Of a DNA stretch of 64,000 nucleotides, positions 45,299-54,401 are shown piece after piece. The number at the start of each line of letters is the position of its first letter. The stretch's first letter is position 1. The DNA is taken from positions 38,609 through 102,608 of the forward strand of contig JAVBSC010000019.1 in NCBI GenBank assembly GCA_031547305.1. The letters are read 5' to 3'. Below the pieces are notes generated by a model. The model did not search any database, was not told the DNA's origin, and saw only the letters and a list, made by a program, of their open reading frames with translations. Source of the stretch: Desulfovibrionaceae bacterium (GTDB lineage Bacteria > Desulfobacterota > Desulfovibrionia > Desulfovibrionales > Desulfovibrionaceae). A program made the translations under genes and the position numbers.

Positions 45299-47025
45299 CA
45301 GCCTAATTCTTTTAAATGGTTTCTGGCGAATTCCAGAGATGGATCCAGCTTAAGGGCGGCGGCCAGGTAGTGTCCGGCCTCTTCTTTCCGCCCCATGAAT
45401 TTAAGGCAGAGTCCCAGGTTGGCCAGGTCCATGACCGAGCCCTTATCCAGGCGGGTGATGACTTCCCGGAAGTCCCGGGCCGCGCTTTCGTAGTCCTTGA
45501 GCTTGAAGCGGCAGACGCCGCGCAGGTTCAGGTATTCTTTCATGTCCGGGCAGTCGGCCACAGCGGCGTCCAGGTCCGGCAGGGCGTTTTGCCATTCCTG
45601 GCGTTGGGTGAGGGTATAGGCGTGATAAAAACAGGCCAGGGCGCGGGAATCCGGGTCCGGCTGCGCTGGCCGGGCCTTGGCGAAAAATCCCAGGGCGCTC
45701 TCCGCGTCGCCAAGGCGCAGGGCCAGGATGCCCTGAAAAAAGTCCAGATAATGGGCCTGGGGAATGAGTTCGGAAAGTGTTTTCAAACCGGCCATGGCCG
45801 CGTCCGGTTCCGCTTCTTCCGCCAGAATGCGGCCCACAAAGAGGCCCAGGGAGGCGTGTTTGTCCCGCTCCCGGAATTTCGCGCCGGGAATGAAGCTGTA
45901 GTGCGCCGGAATGCCCAGGGCCGGATTGGTGGTGGCGATGGAGTAGAGGCGCAGGCCGTGGCCGGCCAGAAGGCGGCAGAAGGATTGAAGCTCCGTAAGA
46001 ATGTCCGGGGCTTCAAAGGAGTTTATGGAGTCCAGGGGGACCAGCGGCCCTTCAAGCAGCCAGTCCGCCTGCTCCGGCTCGGCGTATTTGCTCAGTCCGG
46101 AAGCCTCGTAGCAGGCCGAGCTGTTGAAATCCCCGGCCAGCTGGGCCACTTCGGTCAGGGCGCGAATGGCCGCCTTGGCGGGGCTGGAGGCGGAGCCGGC
46201 CGTAAAGACCACTTCGGATTTATCGGGGAAGGTGGCCGGATCCCAGGCCAGGGCAGCCACCACCGGCACGCCGTAATTGAAGGAAAAATCTTTGAGCCGG
46301 ACTTTTATGCCGTTGGCGCTGAAGCGTTGCCATAAATCAAGCAGCACCGGGTCTTTGACGGACTGGGGATCAATAGTCGGCAGGACGGGCCGGCCAAAAT
46401 CCGCCAGTTGCGAAACATGGCGCTCCATAAGTTCACAGGCGCCTTGCAGGATGGATTCCACGTCCGTGTTGCCGGCGGAAGAGCCGTTGAACTCGGAAAG
46501 CTTTCTGAACCAGTCCAGGGGCGCCCGCAGCGTTTGTTGCGCGCCGATTTCCAGAACCGGGAAAAACTTCCAGGCCGTCAGGTCCAGAATGCGCCTGGCG
46601 CGGGCCTCGTCCAGATTGTCATCCACGGACTTGAGGATTTCCGTCACCGGCATGACCTGGTCCGCCCCGAATTTAGCCAGGGCCTGGCTGTAGGTGGCCT
46701 GAACCATCTCCGGGCAGTCCCGCCAGAAAGTGAAGTAGCTGTAGCGCTCTATAAGCTCCATCAGGGCCGAGGCCTGGGCCTGTTCCGGGCTGGCCCCCTT
46801 GCCCATCTGCTTGCGGGTGGGCATGACCAGCCCGGCGTCCCGGCCAACAACGCTCAAGTAAACCGGAATGCCCAGGCGGCCGTTATCAATGCGTTTTACT
46901 TCGGAAAGTATGGAAATATCCAGGCTGTTCAGTCTGGCGCGGACCTTGTGCAGGGTTTCCGCCGGGCTGACGGCTTTGTCCTGATCTTTGGCGTAATTTT
47001 TTGGGCAGGGCAGAAGGGAGAACAT
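45298..47025 (-). CDS. YcaO-domain protein with C-terminal TPR array
   Basis: YcaO nucleotide/Mg motif QMGKGASPEQAQASALMELIERYSYF. The last ~190 aa are TPR-like repeats. I set the start at ATG 47025 because the longer ORF would run through the terminator at 47054-47092. Confidence 0.8.
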   Translation of the reverse strand: MFSLLPCPKNYAKDQDKAVSPAETLHKVRARLNSLDISILSEVKRIDNGRLGIPVYLSVVGRDAGLVMPTRKQMGKGASPEQAQASALMELIERYSYFTFWRDCPEMVQATYSQALAKFGADQVMPVTEILKSVDDNLDEARARRILDLTAWKFFPVLEIGAQQTLRAPLDWFRKLSEFNGSSAGNTDVESILQGACELMERHVSQLADFGRPVLPTIDPQSVKDPVLLDLWQRFSANGIKVRLKDFSFNYGVPVVAALAWDPATFPDKSEVVFTAGSASSPAKAAIRALTEVAQLAGDFNSSACYEASGLSKYAEPEQADWLLEGPLVPLDSINSFEAPDILTELQSFCRLLAGHGLRLYSIATTNPALGIPAHYSFIPGAKFRERDKHASLGLFVGRILAEEAEPDAAMAGLKTLSELIPQAHYLDFFQGILALRLGDAESALGFFAKARPAQPDPDSRALACFYHAYTLTQRQEWQNALPDLDAAVADCPDMKEYLNLRGVCRFKLKDYESAARDFREVITRLDKGSVMDLANLGLCLKFMGRKEEAGHYLAAALKLDPSLEFARNHLKELG

Positions 47026-47053
47026 TAGATATAATATCCTGATTTGTTCGGTT

Positions 47054-47092
47054 AAAAAAAGCATAAATCCCCGCGGAAGCGGGAATTTATGC
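47054..47092 (-). terminator. Rho-independent terminator after the SNF2 helicase gene
   Basis: 14-bp stem GCATAAATCCCCGC / GCGGGAATTTATGC (one mismatch), loop GGAA, followed on the minus strand by T7. Confidence 0.75.
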
Positions 47093-47108
47093 TTTATCCC
47101 CAATACGG

Positions 47109-50100
47109 CTAAATTTCAAACAGCATTTCCAGATCATCACGCGTCAGGCTCTTCCAGGCCTTCTGGCCGGGAATGATGGATTCCGCCACATCGCGCTTGC
47201 GTTCCTGAAGCTGAAGGATTTTTTCCTCCACCGTGTTCTGGCAGATCAGCTTGTAAGAGAAGACCTGTCTGGTCTGGCCGATGCGGTGCGTGCGGTCCGT
47301 GGCCTGGTTTTCCACGGCCGGGTTCCACCAGGGGTCGTAGTGGATGACGTAGTCCGCGCTGGTCAGGTTTATGCCCGTGCCGCCCGCCTTAAGGGAAATG
47401 AGAAAAATGGGTATTTCCGGCGAGTTGTTGAAGCTGTCCACCTGCTCGAAGCGGTCCTTGCTGGCCCCGTCCAGGTAGGAGAAAGGAATCTCGCTGATTT
47501 GCAGCCAGGAGCGGATGATGTGGAGCATTTGCACAAACTGGGAAAACACCAGTACCTTGTGGCCTTCCTCCACAATATCCGTAACCATGTCCTTGAAGGC
47601 GTCAAACTTGCCGGAGGGCAGGTTGGTGGAAACTCCCGGCATGTTCAGCTTGAGAAGCCGGGGATGGCAGCAGATCTGGCGCAGCTTGAGCAGGGCGTCC
47701 AGGATGGACATCTGGCTCTTGGCCAGGCCCTTGGAATCCACGTCCGCCAATACCTGTTCCTTGAGCTTTTTGGCCAGCATGGCGTAAAGCTCGGCCTGCT
47801 CGTCGGACAGGCCGCAGTAGTAGACGTTTTCAATTTTGGGCGGCAGGTCTTTGGCCACTTCCGCCTTGGTGCGGCGCAAAATAAACGGTCGGACCCTGGC
47901 GCGCAGGAAGTCCAGAGTGTCGTTGTCGCCGTCCTTGATCGGCTTGACCACTCCACGCTGGAAGGCGTGCTGCGCTCCCAGAAAGCCCGGCATAAGGAAC
48001 TCGAACAGGGACCAGAGTTCGAACAGGTTGTTCTCTATGGGCGTGCCGGACAGGCAGAGCCGGATGCGCGCGTTGATGCGCCTGACCGAGGTGGCGGTGA
48101 TGGTGTTGGGGTTTTTGATGTTCTGGGCTTCGTCCAGGATGATGCTGTTGAATTCGTATTGCTGAAGCTCTTCCAGATCCCGGCGCAGCAAGGCGTAAGT
48201 TGTCATAACCAACTGGGAGTTATTGATTTTCTTGAACATCCCCTCGCGCTTGGTGCCGTAGATGGTCAGGCGGGTCAAATGCGGCACGAATTTGGCGGCT
48301 TCCCGTTCCCAGTTGGGCAGCACGGACGTGGGCACAATGATCAGGTTCGGCTTGTTGTGTCCTTTTTCCACCATGTACTGGATAAAGGACAGGGTCTGCA
48401 CGGTTTTGCCCAGGCCCATCTCGTCGGCCAGTATGCCGCCGAACCCGTATTCGTTCAGGAAATTCAGGTAGGCCAGGCCCTGCTTCTGGTATTCGCGCAG
48501 GGTGGCGTTGAGTTTCTGAGGTGGTTCGATCAGCTTTATTTCTTTGAAATTATGGATTTTTTCCCGCAGGGTGTTCCAGAAGGAATCCGTCTGCGCGTCC
48601 GGCAGGTCGCCCAGCAGGCTGTCCAGAACCGGGGCTTCGAATTGCTGAAAGACCTTTTTGGGCGGTTTTTCCGGATCCAGGCCCAGGGCCTGCAGCTTGT
48701 GCCCCAGACGGGCCAGCCAGGATTCCGGCAGGCTGGTGTAGGAGCCGTCCTTAAGCTGGGCGTAGCGCTTTCCCTGAATCCAGGCCTGCCAGATGGCTTC
48801 CAGGGGGATTTTCTGGCCGTCGTATTCCACGGTAATATCCAGCTCAAACCACTTTTCTTTTTCGTTGCTTTCAACTGTGGCGGTGATTACCGGCTTGGAC
48901 AGACGCACTTTATAGCGGGACAGCGTTTTTTCGCCATATACGCGGTATTGTTCCACCAGCTTAGGGTAGGCGTCCAGCAGGAAGTTGATGGCTTCTTCCG
49001 GCTCCAGAAACCACATTCTGGGGCTGCGGGGCTGGAACTTCATCTCCATGAGCAGGTTGGTCAGGCTCATTTCCTGATCCTGGCGCCGGTTTATCAGGTA
49101 GGTTTTGCCTTCGTAGGAATAGCTGCCGGTCTGGAAGTCCGGGTTGGGCCCGGGCAGGGCGAAGTCGCCGTGGATGGTCTCGTAGACGTTCTGGATTTGC
49201 AGGGTCAGCAGGCTCCCTTCCTCGTCCAGGAAGAGCTTGGGGTTATAGATGGCCGGAACGAAAATAGGCTCCATGCACTTGAGGAATTCCGCCTGGCCGT
49301 GCAGTTCGGAGGAGGGCAGGCGGGTCCAGACCCGGTCCAGAAATTCCGAAAGGTTTTCCTGGGGAATGAGCGGCGGGGTTTGCGCCAGCTCCTGAATCAG
49401 GCCGGCGTCCAAAGAAGTGTGGACCGGGTAAAAGCCCTGCTGCCAGCAGACCCAGAGCGGCATCTGGCCGTGAAATGTGGTTTCCGTGCCGGAAATGGGC
49501 GTGGGGGGGCGGCCTTCGCGGTGCAGCAGCACGGAAAAGCTCAGGCCTTCGGCCGGATCGAAGTTGGGTTTAAGCCGCAGGTGCAGGGTTCTGGTGTCAA
49601 TGCGGCAAGGGGAGTCGGTATCTTTCCAGAGAATGTAGTATTCGCGGCGGATGGCCCATAAAAACCAGGTCAGAAGCCCGTCCGGAATATCCACCCGGTG
49701 CCCCAGGTAGTCCAGGTGCCGGCCGATCAGGGCGGCCACCTGCGGCAACTGCGACGAAAGATCGCACCAGGCGGGGTTCTGGATGATCTGCTCCAGAGTC
49801 ACTTCGGAGTGCACGGAAGAAAGGCCGGTCTTGTTCTGGCGGCCGCGGAAAAAAGCCACCTGCAGACGGCCCGGTTCCGGATGGAAGCGAAATATAAAAT
49901 AATGCTTGCCCGCTTCCGGCTCGATTTCCGAGGCGAAAAAATTACGGAAGCTCTGCCGCCAGTCGGACTTGGGCAGGGTTTGAATTTCCTGGCCGGAGTG
50001 GCTGGCTTCCAGCGAGCCGAGCATTTTCAGAGCAATGGTGGCCACGTGGCGGCAGGGACCGGAAAACGAATCCGACCCGCAATTGCAAAAGTGGCTGAAC

Positions 50101-50321
50101 GTCCCTTCGGTCAGCATTATGGAAAGCTGCGGGCTGTACGTCTGAAATTCGTCGCCCTGGATGCTGCCGTTCACTTCCCATATGCCGGGATCGGCCTTCA
50201 GACCAAGTTTCTGCACCCCGCCGGATGCCAGAAGCTCCCGGGCATCTTCCAGAATGTATTCCGGAATCTGCTCGGTGGTGAATTCCCTCAGAAGGTTTTT
50301 TACACGATCCTCTTCCGCCAT
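47109..50321 (-). CDS. SNF2-family helicase/translocase with N-terminal SWIM zinc finger
   Basis: SWIM motif CNCGSDSFSGPCRHVATIAL. Helicase motifs LADEMGLGKT (I), DEAQNIKN (II) and QATDRTHRIGQ (VI). 1070 aa. Confidence 0.85.
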   Translation of the reverse strand: MAEEDRVKNLLREFTTEQIPEYILEDARELLASGGVQKLGLKADPGIWEVNGSIQGDEFQTYSPQLSIMLTEGTFSHFCNCGSDSFSGPCRHVATIALKMLGSLEASHSGQEIQTLPKSDWRQSFRNFFASEIEPEAGKHYFIFRFHPEPGRLQVAFFRGRQNKTGLSSVHSEVTLEQIIQNPAWCDLSSQLPQVAALIGRHLDYLGHRVDIPDGLLTWFLWAIRREYYILWKDTDSPCRIDTRTLHLRLKPNFDPAEGLSFSVLLHREGRPPTPISGTETTFHGQMPLWVCWQQGFYPVHTSLDAGLIQELAQTPPLIPQENLSEFLDRVWTRLPSSELHGQAEFLKCMEPIFVPAIYNPKLFLDEEGSLLTLQIQNVYETIHGDFALPGPNPDFQTGSYSYEGKTYLINRRQDQEMSLTNLLMEMKFQPRSPRMWFLEPEEAINFLLDAYPKLVEQYRVYGEKTLSRYKVRLSKPVITATVESNEKEKWFELDITVEYDGQKIPLEAIWQAWIQGKRYAQLKDGSYTSLPESWLARLGHKLQALGLDPEKPPKKVFQQFEAPVLDSLLGDLPDAQTDSFWNTLREKIHNFKEIKLIEPPQKLNATLREYQKQGLAYLNFLNEYGFGGILADEMGLGKTVQTLSFIQYMVEKGHNKPNLIIVPTSVLPNWEREAAKFVPHLTRLTIYGTKREGMFKKINNSQLVMTTYALLRRDLEELQQYEFNSIILDEAQNIKNPNTITATSVRRINARIRLCLSGTPIENNLFELWSLFEFLMPGFLGAQHAFQRGVVKPIKDGDNDTLDFLRARVRPFILRRTKAEVAKDLPPKIENVYYCGLSDEQAELYAMLAKKLKEQVLADVDSKGLAKSQMSILDALLKLRQICCHPRLLKLNMPGVSTNLPSGKFDAFKDMVTDIVEEGHKVLVFSQFVQMLHIIRSWLQISEIPFSYLDGASKDRFEQVDSFNNSPEIPIFLISLKAGGTGINLTSADYVIHYDPWWNPAVENQATDRTHRIGQTRQVFSYKLICQNTVEEKILQLQERKRDVAESIIPGQKAWKSLTRDDLEMLFEI

Positions 50322-50538
50322 GACTGCCTTTGAAAAAAATATATTTCAGATGGTTATATAATTTTTTTGAATTTAACAAAAAAACCTATTATTCCGCGAT
50401 AATTGTTGTAAGCGTCCCCGGTCTCTGGCATAATTTTTTCGCATGGTTTTTAGCGCCGGGGCGGACTTTTTACGGCCGCGTCCTGAATTTTTTCTGTATA
50501 TATTAATTTGTGTCTATTGCAAGTCAAAGTGGTACTAA

Positions 50539-52209
50539 ATGAACAAGTTAATTTGCAATTGCGGCAAGATTGCCAGAAAGCCGCGCTGGCGCGCAATCCT
50601 GGTGATTTTTCTACTCTTGTCCGGACCATTTTTTTTCCGGGGCGCCCCCGCTTCCGGCCAGCCTGGCGTTCCGGAATACGGCGACCGTATCGCTATAGGC
50701 ATGTTGGGCGAGCCCGGCAATCTTTTGCCGTTCATTTCCAGTGACGCCGGATCGCATGAAATAGCCTCCTGGCTGTATGTGAGCCTTCTGAAGTACGATA
50801 AAGACATCAATATAGTGCCTTATGCGGCGGAATCCTACGAAATCCTGGACGGCGGCCTGCGCCTGCGCTTTACCCTGAAAAAGGGCATCCGCTGGTACGA
50901 CGGCCGGGAGCTGACCGTGGACGACGTTGAGTTCACCTATAAAGTAATGACGGATCCCGCCACGCCAACGCCCTACGGCAGCGACTTCAAGCAGATCAAG
51001 GAATTCCGCAAGCTGGATAAATACAGCTTTGAGGTGACTTACGAAAAACCGTTCGCCAGAGCCCTGATCAGCTGGATGACCGACATAATGCCCAAACACG
51101 CCCTGGAGGGGCAGGATTTGCGATCCGGCCCGCAGACGCGCAATCCCATGGGCTGCGGGCCTTTCCGTCTGACCGGCTGGAAGCCCGGCGCGCTGCTGAC
51201 CCTGAAGGCCAATCCGGATTATTTTGAGGGCCGGCCATACCTTGACGGAATAATGTACTCCATTATCCCGGATAATTCCACTATGTTTTTGGAACTGAAA
51301 GCCGGCAACCTGGACATGATGAGCCTGAGCCCGCAGCAATATTTATATCAAAGCAAGGGGCGGGATTTTAAGGATAAATTTGAAGTATACCCCACGCTGA
51401 GCTTTGCTTATACTTTTTTAGGATATAATCTGAAAAGCGCGTTGTTTTCCGATGTCCGGGTGCGCCGGGCTTTTGCCCTGGCCATTGACAAGAACGATGT
51501 GGTCAAGGGGGCCATTCTGGGGCAGGGCGTGCCCACCATAGGCCCGTATAAGCCGGGCACCTGGGCATACAACAACCAAATAAAAGACTACCCGCACGAT
51601 CCGGCGGCGGCGCGCGCGCTTCTGGCCGAATGCGGCTGGACAAGAGCCGGAAAGGATGGGATTCTAATCAACGACAAAGGCGCGCGTTTTTCCTTCACCA
51701 TTCTGACCAACCAGGGAAACGAGCAAAGGATCAAGGCTGCTACGGTCATCCAGAGCGATCTGCGGGAAATAGGCGTGGAAGCCAATATCCGCACTGTGGA
51801 GTGGGCGGTTTTCATCAAGGAGTTTGTGGACAAGGGCTTTTTTGACGCGGTTATTCTGGGCTGGTCCATCACCCAGGATCCGGATCCCTATGACGTATGG
51901 CATTCGGAGCGCGCAGGCGTGCCGGGCGGACTTAACTTCATAAACTATAAAAACGCGGAAGTGGACAGGCTGATCGACGAGGCCAGGAGCACCCTGGATC
52001 AGGACAAGCGCAAAGTCCTGTATGATCGTTTCCAGGAAATCCTGCACGATGAGCAGCCGTACTGTTTTCTTTACGTGCCTTACAGCCTGCCGGCCGTGCA
52101 GCGCCGCTTCAGGGGCATAGAGCCTGCCCCGGCCGGAATAACCTATAACTTCATCCGCTGGTGGGTTCCCAAGACCGAGCAGCTTTACAGGGCGCAGTTG
52201 CAACCATGA
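50539..52209 (+). CDS. Family-5 (peptide/nickel, OppA/DppA-like) ABC substrate-binding protein, orphan
   Basis: N-terminal hydrophobic anchor/signal and family-5 SBP sequence features over its length of about 510 aa. No permease or ATPase genes are adjacent. Confidence 0.8.
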   Translation: MNKLICNCGKIARKPRWRAILVIFLLLSGPFFFRGAPASGQPGVPEYGDRIAIGMLGEPGNLLPFISSDAGSHEIASWLYVSLLKYDKDINIVPYAAESYEILDGGLRLRFTLKKGIRWYDGRELTVDDVEFTYKVMTDPATPTPYGSDFKQIKEFRKLDKYSFEVTYEKPFARALISWMTDIMPKHALEGQDLRSGPQTRNPMGCGPFRLTGWKPGALLTLKANPDYFEGRPYLDGIMYSIIPDNSTMFLELKAGNLDMMSLSPQQYLYQSKGRDFKDKFEVYPTLSFAYTFLGYNLKSALFSDVRVRRAFALAIDKNDVVKGAILGQGVPTIGPYKPGTWAYNNQIKDYPHDPAAARALLAECGWTRAGKDGILINDKGARFSFTILTNQGNEQRIKAATVIQSDLREIGVEANIRTVEWAVFIKEFVDKGFFDAVILGWSITQDPDPYDVWHSERAGVPGGLNFINYKNAEVDRLIDEARSTLDQDKRKVLYDRFQEILHDEQPYCFLYVPYSLPAVQRRFRGIEPAPAGITYNFIRWWVPKTEQLYRAQLQP

Positions 52210-54389
52210 TCCGCATCCAGGAAATTCTTGATAAAGTGGCCGCTTACCGGCCGGATGCGGATTTTGAGCTGATCCGCAAAGCCTATATTTTTGCCGCGGC
52301 CAACCACGCGGGGCAGACCAGGCTTTCCGGTGAGCCGTATCTTTCCCACCCTCTGGCCGTGGCCGACACCCTGGCGGATATGCGCCTGGACGACTATACC
52401 ATTATAGCCGGTCTGCTGCACGACACCGTGGAGGACACCAAGGTTGGCATAGAGGACATTGACGAAAATTTTGGGGAAGAAGTCGCGGACATTGTGGATG
52501 GCGTGACCAAGATCAGCCTGATGAGTTTTGACAGCAAAGAAGAGCAGCAGGCGGAAAACATCCGCAAGATGATCCTGGCCATGAGCGAGGATATCCGCGT
52601 GCTCATAGTCAAACTGGCCGACCGCCTGCACAACATGAACACTCTGGAATTCCAGAAGCCGGAAAAACAGCGGCGCATCGCCCAGGAGACCATGGACATT
52701 TACTGTCCCCTGGCCAACCGCCTGGGCCTGCACCGGGTCAAGCTGGCCCTGGAGGATATGAGTTTCCGCTACATCAAGCCGGATGCCCACAGCCAGATAG
52801 CCTCCTGGCTGGACGCGCATCACAACGCCGATGTTGAATATATTGAAAAGGTCATCCAGATTATCCGGGATCTCTTGTCCGCCAATGAAGTCAAGGGCAC
52901 GGTCAAGGGCCGGATCAAAAACAGCTACAGCATCCACCGCAAGATGACCTCGCAGAATCTCAGCCTGGACGATATGCACGACATCATCGCCTTCAGGGTG
53001 ATTGTGCCGGAAAACAAGGACTGCTACGCGGTTCTGGGCCTGGTGCACGCCACCTGGAAGCCTGTTCCCGGCCGCTTCAAAGACTATATTTCCATGCCCA
53101 AGGCCAATATGTACCAGAGCCTGCACACCACGGTGGTTGGTCCGCGCGGCGAACGGATGGAAATCCAGATCCGCACCGAGGAAATGGACCGGCTGGCCGA
53201 ACACGGCCTGGCCTCGCACTGGCTGTACAAGGAAGGCAACCGCATAAAAGCCAAGGACATCCGGCAGTTCACCTGGCTGCGGGAAATGCTGGACTGGCAG
53301 AAAGTGGAGAGCGATTCCCGCGAGTTTTTGCGCTCTTTGCGTTTTGACCTGTTCAAGGATGAAATCTACGTGTTCACTCCGGCCGGGGACGTCAAGGAAC
53401 TGCCGGAAAACGCCACTCCCGTGGATTTTGCCTACCAGGTGCACACCAAGGTGGGGGATCACTGCTCCGGCGCCAAGGTCAACGGCAAGCTGGTGCCCCT
53501 GATAACCCAGCTTAAAAGCGGCGACGTGATCCAGATCATCACGGATCAGAACCGCCACCCCAGCCGGGACTGGCTTAAATCCGTCAAAACCGCCAAAGCC
53601 CGCACCCGGATCCAGCACTTTGTCCGGACCGAGGAGCGGACAAGCAGCATTGCCCTGGGCCGGGAAATGCTGGAAAAACAGGGCCGCCGATTTGGCGTGA
53701 ACGTCCAGAAGGCCATCAAGGACGGCGAGATGGCCAAAGTCGCCGAGGAGCTTAAACTTCGCGGCGTGGACGAGCTGCTTTCCGCCATCGGTTACACCAG
53801 GGTTACCCCCCGCCGCGTGTTGCGCATGCTCCAGCCCAAGCAGCCGGAACTTCAGGCGGCCGCCGCGGCGGCGCCGCAGGAGGAAGCCGCCCCGCAGCGG
53901 GAGCGCGCCGCGGAAAACCGCAAGGCTGAGGGAGTGAGCATTTCCGGGGTCAGCGACATGCTGATCCGTTTCGCCAAATGCTGCAACCCGGTGCCCGGCG
54001 ACGTGATCATCGGCTACATAAGCCGTGGCCGGGGCGTGACCGTGCACACGGCTGACTGCCCCACGATCATGACCGTGGAGCCGGAACGGCTTCTGGCCGT
54101 CAACTGGGCCGGCATGGAAAGCGGCGACACCCCCTTCCCGGCCCGCATCCATGTGATCTGCCGCAACGAAAAGGGCGCCCTGGGCAAGATCGCCCTGGCC
54201 CTGGGCGAATCCGGGGTGAATATCGATTCCGGGACCATGCGCTCCAGCCTGGACGGCCGCTCGGAAATCGACCTGGTGGTGGAAGTGCGCAATACCGTCC
54301 AGCTTTACCAGGTCATGGATAAAATCCAGAAGCTGGACCTGGTGCTGGAAGTTTCCCGCTCCGCGGCCACGGATGCGAAGGCTGTTTAA
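52206..54389 (+). CDS. rel: Bifunctional (p)ppGpp synthetase/hydrolase (RelA/SpoT homologue)
   Basis: HD hydrolase motif LLHDTVEDT. Synthetase motifs RIKNSYSIHRKM and YQSLHTTV. TGS and C-terminal ACT-like regions. ATG 52206 overlaps the SBP TGA (ATGA). Confidence 0.9.
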   Translation: MIRIQEILDKVAAYRPDADFELIRKAYIFAAANHAGQTRLSGEPYLSHPLAVADTLADMRLDDYTIIAGLLHDTVEDTKVGIEDIDENFGEEVADIVDGVTKISLMSFDSKEEQQAENIRKMILAMSEDIRVLIVKLADRLHNMNTLEFQKPEKQRRIAQETMDIYCPLANRLGLHRVKLALEDMSFRYIKPDAHSQIASWLDAHHNADVEYIEKVIQIIRDLLSANEVKGTVKGRIKNSYSIHRKMTSQNLSLDDMHDIIAFRVIVPENKDCYAVLGLVHATWKPVPGRFKDYISMPKANMYQSLHTTVVGPRGERMEIQIRTEEMDRLAEHGLASHWLYKEGNRIKAKDIRQFTWLREMLDWQKVESDSREFLRSLRFDLFKDEIYVFTPAGDVKELPENATPVDFAYQVHTKVGDHCSGAKVNGKLVPLITQLKSGDVIQIITDQNRHPSRDWLKSVKTAKARTRIQHFVRTEERTSSIALGREMLEKQGRRFGVNVQKAIKDGEMAKVAEELKLRGVDELLSAIGYTRVTPRRVLRMLQPKQPELQAAAAAAPQEEAAPQRERAAENRKAEGVSISGVSDMLIRFAKCCNPVPGDVIIGYISRGRGVTVHTADCPTIMTVEPERLLAVNWAGMESGDTPFPARIHVICRNEKGALGKIALALGESGVNIDSGTMRSSLDGRSEIDLVVEVRNTVQLYQVMDKIQKLDLVLEVSRSAATDAKAV

Positions 54390-54401
54390 AAGGATTTTTT
54401 C

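Noticed and set aside
47286-49661. 791-aa plus-strand ORF
   Set aside because: It is antisense to the SNF2 helicase, whose motifs I, II and VI read perfectly on the minus strand. It has low-complexity shadow-ORF composition.
45298-50321. SNF2 helicase plus YcaO plus HAD as one defence island or mobile element
   Set aside because: A strong terminator separates the helicase from the YcaO pair. There are no integrase, transposase, flanking repeats or tRNA, and the composition looks like the rest of the chromosome.
50426-50443. Sigma-54-like promoter TGGCATAATTTTTTCGCA upstream of the SBP-rel operon
   Set aside because: The GG-to-GC spacing is two nucleotides longer than the strict GG-N10-GC of -24/-12 promoters.
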